Below are positions 22,953-32,506 of a DNA stretch of 64,000 bases, one piece after another. The stretch covers positions 4,326 to 68,325 of the forward strand of contig CAKOLN010000007.1 in assembly GCA_934096075.1 (NCBI GenBank), in the 5' to 3' direction. Position 1 is the stretch's first letter. The number at the start of each line of letters is the position of its first letter. Both the position numbers and the translations under genes were made by a program. This DNA is from an uncultured Bacilli bacterium (GTDB taxonomy: Bacteria; Bacillota_I; Bacilli_A; RF39; UBA660). Below the pieces are notes generated by a model. The model was not told where the DNA came from. It made no database searches and was given only the letters and a program-made list of their open reading frames with translations.

Positions 22953-24113
22953 ATGATAACTATTAAATACAAAAATATTTATGAACAATTTATAGAAAAT
23001 TATAAAACAATACATATAAATCCATGGCACGAAATAAATGAAAAACAACTAAATTCTATTTATAATGAATTAATAAATTCTATGAATATCGATAATGAGT
23101 ATAATTTTACATATTTTATGAATTTCATTATTAAAAGATTAAATGGAAAAAGTGATGCACACACTAAATTAAATATAATGTCAGCATTACCAATTAATTT
23201 TAGAATTTTTAACAATGAAGTTTTAATAAATTATCCAGAAGAACTAAAAGGAAGCACATTATTGTCTATAAATAACATAAGTATAACAACTATTGTTAAT
23301 GAAATTGATGACATCATAAGCTATGGAACAGAAGGTAAGAGAAAATACGAAATTGAAAAAGCTCTTTTTAATAAATATATATTATATGGTTTGCCATCTC
23401 TTAGAAACTTCAAAGAACTAACTTACGAAATAAAAAATAAAAATGGAGAAATAATAAGAAAAACATTTACAGATGAAAGCAAAAATAAACCATTTGACTA
23501 TGATAAATTTAGATATGGAAACATTTCAGAATATAATATTATAGATAACTGTTTAATTTATAAATTAAATTCTTTACAAAATCAATTTAAGAGCAAAATA
23601 GAAAAAAACATAGAAGAACTAAATAAAACCGATTTATCCATGATAGACACAATAATAATAGATTTAAGAGGTAATACTGGAGGCAATTCAGGTTTAAATC
23701 AAATATTAATAAATTTCTTAAAACAAAATCTTGATAAAAATTTATTATGCTTAACGGATTACAGAATTTACTCAAGTGCAAGTTCTACATTAGAAGAATT
23801 AAGAAAACTTAATGCAACTTTTATAGGAGAAGAAATAAGCACACCAATGAATTCATACGGAAACAATAAAAATATAGATATAGATGGATTTAATTTTGCT
23901 ATATCATATTGCTATTTTCACAAAACAATGGATTTAGGATTTTTTAACAAAGAAGATTTTAATGAAAGAATAACTCCAGAAATATTAAAGCCAACTATAT
24001 TTACACCTGATATACTTGTAGAAGAAACTAAAAATGATTATATTAATAATATTGATACAATACTAGATTACGCAATAAGTTATTCTATAACAAAAACAAA
24101 AAAAGTTGTTTAA
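22953..24113 (+). CDS. S41 family peptidase-like protein (no signal peptide)
   Basis: IIIDLRGNTGGN (compare DLRxNxGG) and downstream ...YSSASSTLEEL (compare TASAsE) resemble the S41 catalytic region. Confidence 0.55.
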   Translation: MITIKYKNIYEQFIENYKTIHINPWHEINEKQLNSIYNELINSMNIDNEYNFTYFMNFIIKRLNGKSDAHTKLNIMSALPINFRIFNNEVLINYPEELKGSTLLSINNISITTIVNEIDDIISYGTEGKRKYEIEKALFNKYILYGLPSLRNFKELTYEIKNKNGEIIRKTFTDESKNKPFDYDKFRYGNISEYNIIDNCLIYKLNSLQNQFKSKIEKNIEELNKTDLSMIDTIIIDLRGNTGGNSGLNQILINFLKQNLDKNLLCLTDYRIYSSASSTLEELRKLNATFIGEEISTPMNSYGNNKNIDIDGFNFAISYCYFHKTMDLGFFNKEDFNERITPEILKPTIFTPDILVEETKNDYINNIDTILDYAISYSITKTKKVV

Positions 24114-24131
24114 AATAAACAACTTTTTTTT
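24100..24131 (+). terminator. rho-independent terminator
   Basis: AAAAAGTTGTTTA-aaa-TAAACAACTTTTT followed by more T. It overlaps the stop codon. Confidence 0.65.
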
Positions 24132-24246
24132 CTTAAAACATCCATAATAATTTCTAATAAAATTTATACTTATAAGATTATCATATGTATTTCCAAATCT
24201 ATTTTTAAATCCCCTCTGAATATTCACTCTCATCACCCTTACATTT

Positions 24247-25008
24247 TTATTTTATCATATTTATATTTTTTAATCTATATACCAAAACAGCATTATTAGT
24301 AGTAATATTCATAACATTATCTAAACTTACCCCTGTATTATCACTTATACATTGAGCAATTATAGGAATATACTTACTTTCATTCTTTTGACCTCTATAA
24401 GGTGTAGGTGCCAAATAAGGTGAATCAGTTTCAAGAACTATGTTATCTAATGATACATTCTTAATAGTATCTTTTAATTTACTATTCTTAAAAGTAATAA
24501 CACCACCTATACCTAATTTATAACCTAATTTAATATATTCTCTAGCTGTTTCTAAACTTCCACTAAAGCAATGAATAATTCCCTTAACATTATATTCTTT
24601 TAAAATGTTAATAGTATCTTCAATAGCATCCCTACTGTGAATAACTACAGGTTTATCAACCTCTGAAGCAAGTTTCAAAAAATCACGAAACACTTTAATT
24701 TGTAACTCTCTATCTTCTTTACCATAATAATAATCTAATCCTATTTCTCCTATAGCTACAACTTTATCATTTTTTAACAACTCTCTATATTTATCAATAT
24801 CACATTCTTTATAATTTCTCACATTAGATGGATGAACTCCAACACACGTAAAAACCTCAGGATACATATTAGAAATCCTAACATTCATCAAACTACTATC
24901 TAAATCTTCACTAGAAGTCACTATAATTTTAACATTTTCTTTAATCGCATTTTCTAAATACTCTTTAACCTCTTCTTCACTAACATGACAATGAGTATCT
25001 ATAAACAT
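24247..25008 (-). CDS. tatD: TatD family metal-dependent DNase/hydrolase
   Basis: MFIDTHCH..., EIGLDYYY, VIHSRDA, ETDSPYL motifs. Confidence 0.93.
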   Translation of the reverse strand: MFIDTHCHVSEEEVKEYLENAIKENVKIIVTSSEDLDSSLMNVRISNMYPEVFTCVGVHPSNVRNYKECDIDKYRELLKNDKVVAIGEIGLDYYYGKEDRELQIKVFRDFLKLASEVDKPVVIHSRDAIEDTINILKEYNVKGIIHCFSGSLETAREYIKLGYKLGIGGVITFKNSKLKDTIKNVSLDNIVLETDSPYLAPTPYRGQKNESKYIPIIAQCISDNTGVSLDNVMNITTNNAVLVYRLKNINMIK

Positions 25009-25018
25009 AATTCCTCCA

Positions 25019-25189
25019 TTAATCTTCTACACTAAAATACTTAACAGTTAACACTAAAAACACAACAGGAAAAATATAATCATAAAATTCATGGAATCCC
25101 ATTTGTAAGAAAAATGCTATTATTGCACTACAAACAAACAACATCTTCATTAAATTTTTAAATTTACTGCTACTTAAATATGTTTTCAT
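25019..25189 (-). CDS. possible small membrane protein (56 aa), below the track cutoff
   Basis: Own translation: MKTYLSSSKFKNLMKMLFVCSAIIAFFLQMGFHEFYDYIFPVVFLVLTVKYFSVED*. It has two hydrophobic stretches and ends 10 nt before the tatD start. No clear RBS is visible. Confidence 0.3.
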   Translation of the reverse strand: MKTYLSSSKFKNLMKMLFVCSAIIAFFLQMGFHEFYDYIFPVVFLVLTVKYFSVED

Positions 25190-25297
25190 ATTAATCACAA
25201 CTACATTGTACCAACTTTACTTAGTAAAATCTACTAAATCGACAAAACTTATCATAAATTGACACATAAAATACACTTCATTCTAATAAAATATAAT

Positions 25298-26458
25298 ATG
25301 TTAGATATATTATGGTTAATATTAATTATTTTAATAATAATTCTCGGTATAAGATTATCTTTTTATATAAAGTTTAAAAATTATAAGATATTTTCTTTAA
25401 TTAAATCTTTAAACTTTAATACTTTATTTATTTCACTAGGTACTAAAATGGGTGTAGGTGCTTTAATTGGAACAAGTATGTCTGTTATAATAGGTGGCCC
25501 AGGTTCTCTTATATGGATGTTTTTATTTACTTTATTAACTTCTTCAATTATTTATACTGAAAGCTACTTAGGTAACAAATACAAAGAAACTACTTTATTT
25601 GGTAACATAAGTGGTATATACTTTTACACAAAAAAAGCTTTAAATAAAAAATCTTTAGCTATAATAACTCTAATTCTATTTATAATTACTTACTCTATAT
25701 TTTTTTTAATGATACAAACAAACACTATATCAAATATACTTAATATAAATAAATATCTAATATCTTTTATTATATTAATATTTTTACTACTATTATTAAA
25801 CAACAATATTTCTGAACTTACTAAACTCATAACAAAAATAGTACCAATAGTATCTATATTCTTTATTTCAATAAGTGTATTCACTATTGGAAAACACTAT
25901 TACATGTTACCAAGTATTATTAAAGATATTCTTTATGATGCATTTAATTCAAAATCTATTCTAACAGGTATGATAATAGGTATAAAAAGAAGTATATTCT
26001 TAAATGAATTATTAATAGGAACAGCATCATTCACAAGTTCATCTAATAAAAAAGAAATACCCAATACCTTAGTACTAGGAACATACTTCATAACTTTTAT
26101 TATTTCTACTCTTATAGCATTACTATTGTTAACCTATACTGGTCATTGTAGTACCAGTTACATAAAAACACTCCTACAAGTATTTACTTATCACTTTGGT
26201 AATTATGGACATTACTTTTTAGCATTAATAATATGTTTACTTGGCACTAGTTCTATAATATCAGGCATATACATAGGTTTATCTAATCTTACACATTTAA
26301 CTAATAAAAAGGTTATATTAATATTTAAAATTATTCTTACTATTTCCCTACTACTAGGTATATTTATTAGTACTAATAATTTATGGTTAATCACAGACAT
26401 ATCAATGTTAATACTTATATCACTAAATATTTATATTATAAACAAAATTATAGATTAA
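25298..26458 (+). CDS. alanine/glycine:cation symporter (AGCS) family-like transporter, short and divergent
   Basis: ISLGTKMGVGALIGTSMSVIIGGPGSLIWMF parallels the AGCS signature (..tvGtGNIaGVa.AI..GGPGAvFWMW). About 10 TM segments. ATG 25298 is preferred. Confidence 0.6.
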   Translation: MLDILWLILIILIIILGIRLSFYIKFKNYKIFSLIKSLNFNTLFISLGTKMGVGALIGTSMSVIIGGPGSLIWMFLFTLLTSSIIYTESYLGNKYKETTLFGNISGIYFYTKKALNKKSLAIITLILFIITYSIFFLMIQTNTISNILNINKYLISFIILIFLLLLLNNNISELTKLITKIVPIVSIFFISISVFTIGKHYYMLPSIIKDILYDAFNSKSILTGMIIGIKRSIFLNELLIGTASFTSSSNKKEIPNTLVLGTYFITFIISTLIALLLLTYTGHCSTSYIKTLLQVFTYHFGNYGHYFLALIICLLGTSSIISGIYIGLSNLTHLTNKKVILIFKIILTISLLLGIFISTNNLWLITDISMLILISLNIYIINKIID

Positions 26459-26495
26459 CTTTAATTATTATGTTATATTTATATAGGTGATACAA

Positions 26496-27164
26496 ATGAT
26501 AGGAAACGATTGGGATGAAATATTAAAACCAATATGGGAAAGTCCAGGTTTTCATAATTTCATGAATATAGTAAAAGAAAAATATAAAGAAAATACATGT
26601 TTTCCTGAATATAATAACATTTTTAATGCATTAAAATTAACTCCATATAGTAAAGTAAAAGTAGTTATTCTAGGACAAGATCCTTATCATGGAGTTGGAG
26701 AAGCACATGGTTTATCATTTTCTGTACAAGATGGTATAAAAAAACCACCTTCATTAAAAAACATATTTAAAGAATTACATGATGACCTAGGTTTTGATGA
26801 ACCAGAAAGTGGTAATCTAGAAAAATGGGCAAAAGAAGGAGTACTTCTACTTAACAGTGTTTTAACTGTAGAAAAAGATAAAGCTGCATCTCATAAAGAT
26901 TTAGGATGGAACTTATTTACTGACCACATAATTAAATTACTCAACCAAAAAGAAACACCAATAGTATTTATCCTTTGGGGTAATTTTGCTAGAAGCAAAA
27001 AGGTATTTATAACAAACGAAAAACACTTAGTAATAGAAAGTGTTCATCCATCCCCATTCTCAGTATATAATGGTTTCTTTGGCAGTAAACCATTTAGTAA
27101 AACCAATAATTTTTTAATTAAAACTGGACAAACTCCAATTGATTGGAATCTAAAAAAGAACTAA
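26496..27164 (+). CDS. ung: uracil-DNA glycosylase
   Basis: VVILGQDPYHG, GVLLLN, HPSPFS motifs. ATG 26496 follows RBS AGGTGA. Confidence 0.95.
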   Translation: MIGNDWDEILKPIWESPGFHNFMNIVKEKYKENTCFPEYNNIFNALKLTPYSKVKVVILGQDPYHGVGEAHGLSFSVQDGIKKPPSLKNIFKELHDDLGFDEPESGNLEKWAKEGVLLLNSVLTVEKDKAASHKDLGWNLFTDHIIKLLNQKETPIVFILWGNFARSKKVFITNEKHLVIESVHPSPFSVYNGFFGSKPFSKTNNFLIKTGQTPIDWNLKKN

Positions 27165-27715
27165 ATCTCAATATTTAGTTCTTTTTCATCATTAGTTCTT
27201 AATTCTTTACCATCATATAAAGTTTTAATAGTTAACTTCTTAAACTTACAAATTAACTTATAAGGAAACTTAGGATATAAATTATTAAATTCACTAGCCC
27301 ATTTATTATAAAGAGTTCTAAGTCCCATAAGTTCCACTTCTATCTTTTCAATATCTCTAATCAAACCATCAAAACTTTTAACATCACTAAGTTCATGATT
27401 ATCACTATATATTTTATTAATCTCAACAAAACTAGAACTAAGTAAACTATCTTTATCATAATTATTCAATTTATCAACTTTTAAATTCTTTACTTCTTCA
27501 AATATCTTAATATCTAATTTAATTTGTCTATTTATTATATTAATAACTCTTAACTCTAAATCTTCTTTTTCTTTTAACTTATCATCTATATCATTTTCAC
27601 ACAACTGAGTCTTATAAGCCAAAGACAAAATATTTTCAGATTTAGTTATAAAGAATATTGCTATCAAACATCCTACTAAAACTATAACACCAATTATAAA
27701 TAAAACTACTGTCAT
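27161..27715 (-). CDS. LemA family-like membrane-anchored protein
   Basis: N-terminal TM, then a helical region ending LRTLYNKWASEFNNLYPKFPYKLI (compare LemA aRr.YN..v..yN..i..FP). Confidence 0.55.
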   Translation of the reverse strand: MTVVLFIIGVIVLVGCLIAIFFITKSENILSLAYKTQLCENDIDDKLKEKEDLELRVINIINRQIKLDIKIFEEVKNLKVDKLNNYDKDSLLSSSFVEINKIYSDNHELSDVKSFDGLIRDIEKIEVELMGLRTLYNKWASEFNNLYPKFPYKLICKFKKLTIKTLYDGKELRTNDEKELNIEI

Positions 27716-27768
27716 ACTATCAACTCCTATAATAATAATACCATAATTTAAGATAGAAAAAAAGAGTA

Positions 27769-28317
27769 TTATAACTCACTATAAGAATTAATATAAATTA
27801 AATTACTCTTATCTTCACTCTTTTTATATAAAGATATTGCCTTATATCCTTTATCAAAAAATAAATCCATAAATATATTTTTACTAGGTTCTTCATTTAA
27901 ATACATAGATTTAATACCATCATCATAATAAATAATCATATAATTATATTCACTTTTAATAAACTCTTCTTTTAACTTTAAATATTCATTTAAATAACTA
28001 TCTAAAACCCAGTCTTTATTTATATCTTCTTTAGATTCATACTTTTTCTTATCCTTATGTTTTAAAACTAATTTATTATTAACGATTTCATAACTATAAT
28101 CAGTTCCATAATAAGGTATATCACTTTCTATAAAAAATAATTCAATATCTACATAAGTCAATTCATCATTAATCGCGTCTTTTAATTTATTTAAATCTTC
28201 TTCATTAATGTTACTTAAATCCATTATAATTTCTCTATCATCTAATTTAATTACATTCAACTCAATAGTTATAACTTCTTTACTTTGAGAGTTTTCAATA
28301 TCTATCTCTGATTTCAT
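27769..28317 (-). CDS. hypothetical acidic cytosolic protein
   Basis: 182-aa ORF starting 8 nt after the histidine kinase stop. No family recognised. Confidence 0.4.
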   Translation of the reverse strand: MKSEIDIENSQSKEVITIELNVIKLDDREIIMDLSNINEEDLNKLKDAINDELTYVDIELFFIESDIPYYGTDYSYEIVNNKLVLKHKDKKKYESKEDINKDWVLDSYLNEYLKLKEEFIKSEYNYMIIYYDDGIKSMYLNEEPSKNIFMDLFFDKGYKAISLYKKSEDKSNLIYINSYSEL

Positions 28318-28325
28318 AAATCCTC

Positions 28326-30092
28326 CTATAAATATTTACTTAACTTATCATATAATTCATCAGAATTAATAGGTTTACCAATAAAATCATCAAAACCACT
28401 TTCTAATAAATTATCTTTATTTTTAAGATTTTCTGTATAAGCAATAATTGGTTTATCAAACCCATAGTCAAACTTTAATTTTTTCATAGTCTGTATTCCA
28501 TCTAATATATTCATTTCATCATAAAGTAAAATTAAATCATAATTATTATTTTTAACCATTTCAATCGCATCTACCCCAGACTTAACAAAATCAACATCTA
28601 TTCCATAAGACTTTAATACCATCTTATCAACACTAACAGTAAGCATTCTATCATCAGCCATTAATATCTTTTTCATATCTTCATTTTTATTACTTTTAAC
28701 ATACCTTAAATATTGTGAAAACATAACTAACACATAAGTACCTTCTCCTTTTTCACTTCTAAGTACAATATTTCCATGCATTAACTCCACTAAACTTTTA
28801 GTAATAGTAAGTCCTAGACCTAAACCTAAAATTGATGAATTCTTAACATCATTTTCTCTTACAAATTTATTAAATACTTTCGTTTTCATATTAGGTTCAA
28901 TACCTTTCCCAGTATCACTTATTTGAATAGTAAAGAAACATTCATCTCTATCTTCTCTAGCAAGTACATTCATACTTATCTTACCATTATTAGTATACTT
29001 AACAGCATTATTTAAAAGATTAATTAATATTGTTTTAAATTTATTCTTATCTCCATAAACCTTATCAGGTATATTTTTATAATTAGTTACAAACTCTATT
29101 TTACTACTTTTAATTCTTTTATTTATTAACTTAGTTACATCATCTAATACATCCATCGGATTATATTCTTTACATTCAACTTTCATATTTCCACTTTCTA
29201 ATTGAACCATATTCAAAATACCATCACTCATATCTAATAAACTATCAACAGATGTATTTAATTCATCTAATACTTCTTTACTACCTTTGCCAAGACTACT
29301 ATCATCATTAAGTATTTCTATACAACCCTTTATATTATTCATAGGTGTTCTTATTTCATGAGACATACTAGATAAAAACTCATTTTTAGCATCATTAGCT
29401 TTTAATGCAGTACTCTTAGCTAACTCCATTTCATTTAATATTTTAACATCAGGATTTTCAATAGTGAAATACATTAAAAAAGTAATAAAACCAATTAAAT
29501 AAGTAAGTAATAACAACTCAGGCCTAATATATTGTACATACATAACAATAGTTCCCAATATCAAAATTCCATATAAAGGATAATATTTCTTATTACACAT
29601 TTTCTTAGCATTTAATAATACTATAATAAGCCATATTAACACCATAAATGCCGCCACTACAAACACAACATTTGCTGCTGGTCCATAGCTATAAATAGTA
29701 TTATTTTCATTATGGTAATATAAAGGACATAAACTAATAACTATTACAAATATAATCATTGCAATTCTAAATATCATTGATTTGACAAAATTTAATCCAT
29801 AAAGTACCTTACTATTAGAAATACCCATTAAATAAATAGTAAATAGTAAAAGCCATGCAAGATAAGCCACTAATAGTGATTTACTTACTATATTATTTAA
29901 AATCTGAAAAGAGGCATTATATTTTATAGTAAAAAACGACATAATGGCAAGACAACTAACAATTAAATTTATAATAACTAAATATTTGTAAGTTATAGTT
30001 TCAAAACTATTAACTCTTTTTTTACTAAAATATACAATTGTCAGCAAAATATTAAATAAAATTATTGCCAAAGTAAAAAAATTATTCCCCAT
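28326..30092 (-). CDS. hybrid sensor histidine kinase (polytopic N-terminus, HisKA, HATPase_c, C-terminal receiver)
   Basis: About 6-7 TM segments. H-box SHEIRTPMN, N-box NLLNNAVKYT, G-boxes SDTGKGI and GLGLGLTI. The C-terminal REC-like region is KILMADD...YDLILLYDEMNILDG...KPI. Confidence 0.85.
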   Translation of the reverse strand: MGNNFFTLAIILFNILLTIVYFSKKRVNSFETITYKYLVIINLIVSCLAIMSFFTIKYNASFQILNNIVSKSLLVAYLAWLLLFTIYLMGISNSKVLYGLNFVKSMIFRIAMIIFVIVISLCPLYYHNENNTIYSYGPAANVVFVVAAFMVLIWLIIVLLNAKKMCNKKYYPLYGILILGTIVMYVQYIRPELLLLTYLIGFITFLMYFTIENPDVKILNEMELAKSTALKANDAKNEFLSSMSHEIRTPMNNIKGCIEILNDDSSLGKGSKEVLDELNTSVDSLLDMSDGILNMVQLESGNMKVECKEYNPMDVLDDVTKLINKRIKSSKIEFVTNYKNIPDKVYGDKNKFKTILINLLNNAVKYTNNGKISMNVLAREDRDECFFTIQISDTGKGIEPNMKTKVFNKFVRENDVKNSSILGLGLGLTITKSLVELMHGNIVLRSEKGEGTYVLVMFSQYLRYVKSNKNEDMKKILMADDRMLTVSVDKMVLKSYGIDVDFVKSGVDAIEMVKNNNYDLILLYDEMNILDGIQTMKKLKFDYGFDKPIIAYTENLKNKDNLLESGFDDFIGKPINSDELYDKLSKYL

Positions 30093-30168
30093 TTTTATTC
30101 ACCTACTCTTTAAATTAATTATATAATATTTACATAAAAAATCAAACCTATTTCTAGATTTGATCAGT

Positions 30169-31944
30169 TTATTTTACCAATTTTAGTAAAGCTTCTCTAT
30201 CAACTTTACCTTCTGTTTTATATTTCATAGATGTTAAAATATAATCCGCTTCTCTTGGTCTATCTCTTAATGATAAAGATTTATTTACACTTAACTTTAT
30301 TTCTTCTAAAGTGCTTTCTTCATCACAATTTTCATTTAGTTCAATAAATGCATAAGGATACTCTCCAGTAGATGTTGTTAAATCTCTAACTCCAATAACT
30401 ACACAATTCTTAACATTTTTATTTTTATTAATAATTACTTCAATTTCATTTGGAAAAACATTATGTCCATCAGGTCTAACAATCATATTTTTCTTTCTAT
30501 CAGTTAAAGTAAAAAAACCATTTTCATCCACAAAACCTAAATCACCAGTTCTTCCCCATAATTTACCATCATCATCAGTATAAAAGAATTTATTAGTTTC
30601 CTCTAAACTCCCTAGATATTCTTTCATATGTTGAGGTGAATTTATATATATTTCACCTATTTCATTATAAGTACACTCAGTTTTATCATCCTTCATTATT
30701 TTGGCAGTTACTAAAGGTAAAGGTATCCCATATATTTCAGGTTTTTTAGTACTTTCATAAGGTGTTAGAAATGTACATGAAGAAAATTCAGCCATACCAC
30801 CACCTTTAATTAAAGTAGAAGAACAATTATGATTTTCCAACCAATTATTCACATTTTCTTCTAATAATTTAGGTGTTTTATCTCCACCAAAAATAATTCT
30901 ATTAATAAAAGACAAATCAACTCCATCAAATATATTATTATCTATAACACTCTCCATAAAAGAAGGAACACATATAATATTATTTGGTTTGTATTTAATA
31001 ATTAAATCAGCAAATTCACTTAATTTAAAATTCGGAATCAATATCATTTCTAAACCACTTGCTAAAGAATTATGAATACCACATACTGCACCATAGCTTA
31101 TAAAAGGTGGCATAATACATAAAATACTTTCTCCGGGTTTAACACTAGTAACATTCATTAATTGTTCTGCAGTAACATTCATTCCAGATGATGTTAAGCC
31201 TAATCCCTTTGGTATACCAGTTGTACCACTAGTATATTCAATTACAGATGTTTTTCCACTTTTATATTCAGGTATAAATAACTTTCCTGTTTTAACATTA
31301 CTAAAATGATCGTATTTATATATTTTTCTATTATTGTTTATTTTTGACAATGCATTATTAAAATTATATTCAATTTCTTTCTTAATAACATTAAACTTAA
31401 TATTAGCTATATCTCTCTTAGAATAACTTTTCATTAATTTAATAATTTCATTTTTAGATAAACCAGCCACAGGAGAAACATCTATAACATTTTTTACATC
31501 ACTACCCAAAGATACGTTTATCATAGTTTTAGCATAACTACTTATAACAAAAGCTAATCTTGATCTAGCCAAATTTAAATAAAATCTCATTTTTTCTTCT
31601 GGAACTCTAGGATCAATTAAATTTGCATTTGCACCTATATTGTCTAATCCATACATTAAATAAATAGTTTCTGGTGTTAAGGGCATAGCTAAAGAAACAT
31701 AATCATTTTCTTTCACTCCATAACTTTGTAATCTCTTGCTAGTTTTTTCTATATTTTCAAATAATTCCTCATATGATATTTTTTTATTTAAATAATTTAA
31801 AGCAGTTAAAAACATTCTATCTTTATTTAATTTAATAATATAATCAGTTATCGACATATCAGGTACTTCAAGATTCAAACTCTTTTCATCATAATACTTT
31901 AACCATGGTTTATCAATTGATGGTATTCCAGTTAATTCTTTCAT
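30169..31944 (-). CDS. AMP-dependent synthetase/ligase (acyl-CoA synthetase-like)
   Basis: AMP-binding signature YTSGTTGIPKG, plus GGGMAE and TGDLG..DENG motifs. ATG 31944 is preferred (RBS GGGGAA). Confidence 0.85.
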   Translation of the reverse strand: MKELTGIPSIDKPWLKYYDEKSLNLEVPDMSITDYIIKLNKDRMFLTALNYLNKKISYEELFENIEKTSKRLQSYGVKENDYVSLAMPLTPETIYLMYGLDNIGANANLIDPRVPEEKMRFYLNLARSRLAFVISSYAKTMINVSLGSDVKNVIDVSPVAGLSKNEIIKLMKSYSKRDIANIKFNVIKKEIEYNFNNALSKINNNRKIYKYDHFSNVKTGKLFIPEYKSGKTSVIEYTSGTTGIPKGLGLTSSGMNVTAEQLMNVTSVKPGESILCIMPPFISYGAVCGIHNSLASGLEMILIPNFKLSEFADLIIKYKPNNIICVPSFMESVIDNNIFDGVDLSFINRIIFGGDKTPKLLEENVNNWLENHNCSSTLIKGGGMAEFSSCTFLTPYESTKKPEIYGIPLPLVTAKIMKDDKTECTYNEIGEIYINSPQHMKEYLGSLEETNKFFYTDDDGKLWGRTGDLGFVDENGFFTLTDRKKNMIVRPDGHNVFPNEIEVIINKNKNVKNCVVIGVRDLTTSTGEYPYAFIELNENCDEESTLEEIKLSVNKSLSLRDRPREADYILTSMKYKTEGKVDREALLKLVK

Positions 31945-32034
31945 ATATATTTCCCCCATAATTTGTACTATATTCTACCACAATAGAAAAAAAACTCAAG
32001 ACATTTATCTTAAGTCAATAAATAAACTTCATTA

Positions 32035-32433
32035 TTACTCACATATTTTTAATATTTTTGCTTGTTGAGCAATAAGTTCATTAATTTTTCTATTCAACCA
32101 TTCCTGTCTTTTTAAAGCTTTTTTTAATATTACTTCTTCTTTATGACAGTTTAAGACAATTTCAGTTTTATCTCGTTCCAACTTTGCAATTTTATTATTA
32201 TAATAAGTATCATATCTTTTTTGAGATGCTCTTAATTTTAAAATATTTTCATCAATATTTTGTATTTTATTATAATGAGTATCATATCTTTTTTTAGATG
32301 CTCTTAATTTTAAAATAATTTCATCAATATTTTGTATTTTTTTAAGATAATCAAATATAAGTAATATTTTTTCATTAATTATTTTTTCTACCGCATCTCT
32401 ATGTAATTTTAATAATTCCACTTCTTCTATCAT
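32035..32433 (-). CDS. hypothetical coiled-coil protein containing a 24-aa tandem duplication
   Basis: KIQNIDEIILKLRASKKRYDTHYN / KIQNIDENILKLRASQKRYDTYYN. Confidence 0.45.
   Translation of the reverse strand: MIEEVELLKLHRDAVEKIINEKILLIFDYLKKIQNIDEIILKLRASKKRYDTHYNKIQNIDENILKLRASQKRYDTYYNNKIAKLERDKTEIVLNCHKEEVILKKALKRQEWLNRKINELIAQQAKILKICE
32207..32350. repeat. 72-bp tandem direct repeat, 2 copies, in frame inside the 132-aa ORF
   Basis: Units start at 32207 and 32279 (GTATCATATCTTTTTT(G/T)AGATGCTCTTAATTTTAAAATA(T/A)TTTCATCAATATTTTGTATTTT...). Only a few substitutions separate them. Confidence 0.85.
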
Positions 32434-32506
32434 ATAATCACTCCCAAAAATAGTATATTATATCATTTATATTTTTACAACACTAATTAACTATTTATCT
32501 TAAGTT

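Noticed and set aside
32207-32350. CRISPR-like or satellite repeat
   Set aside because: There are only two directly abutting copies with no spacers, and they are in frame inside an ORF. This is a coding tandem duplication. No CRISPR array was seen anywhere in the window.
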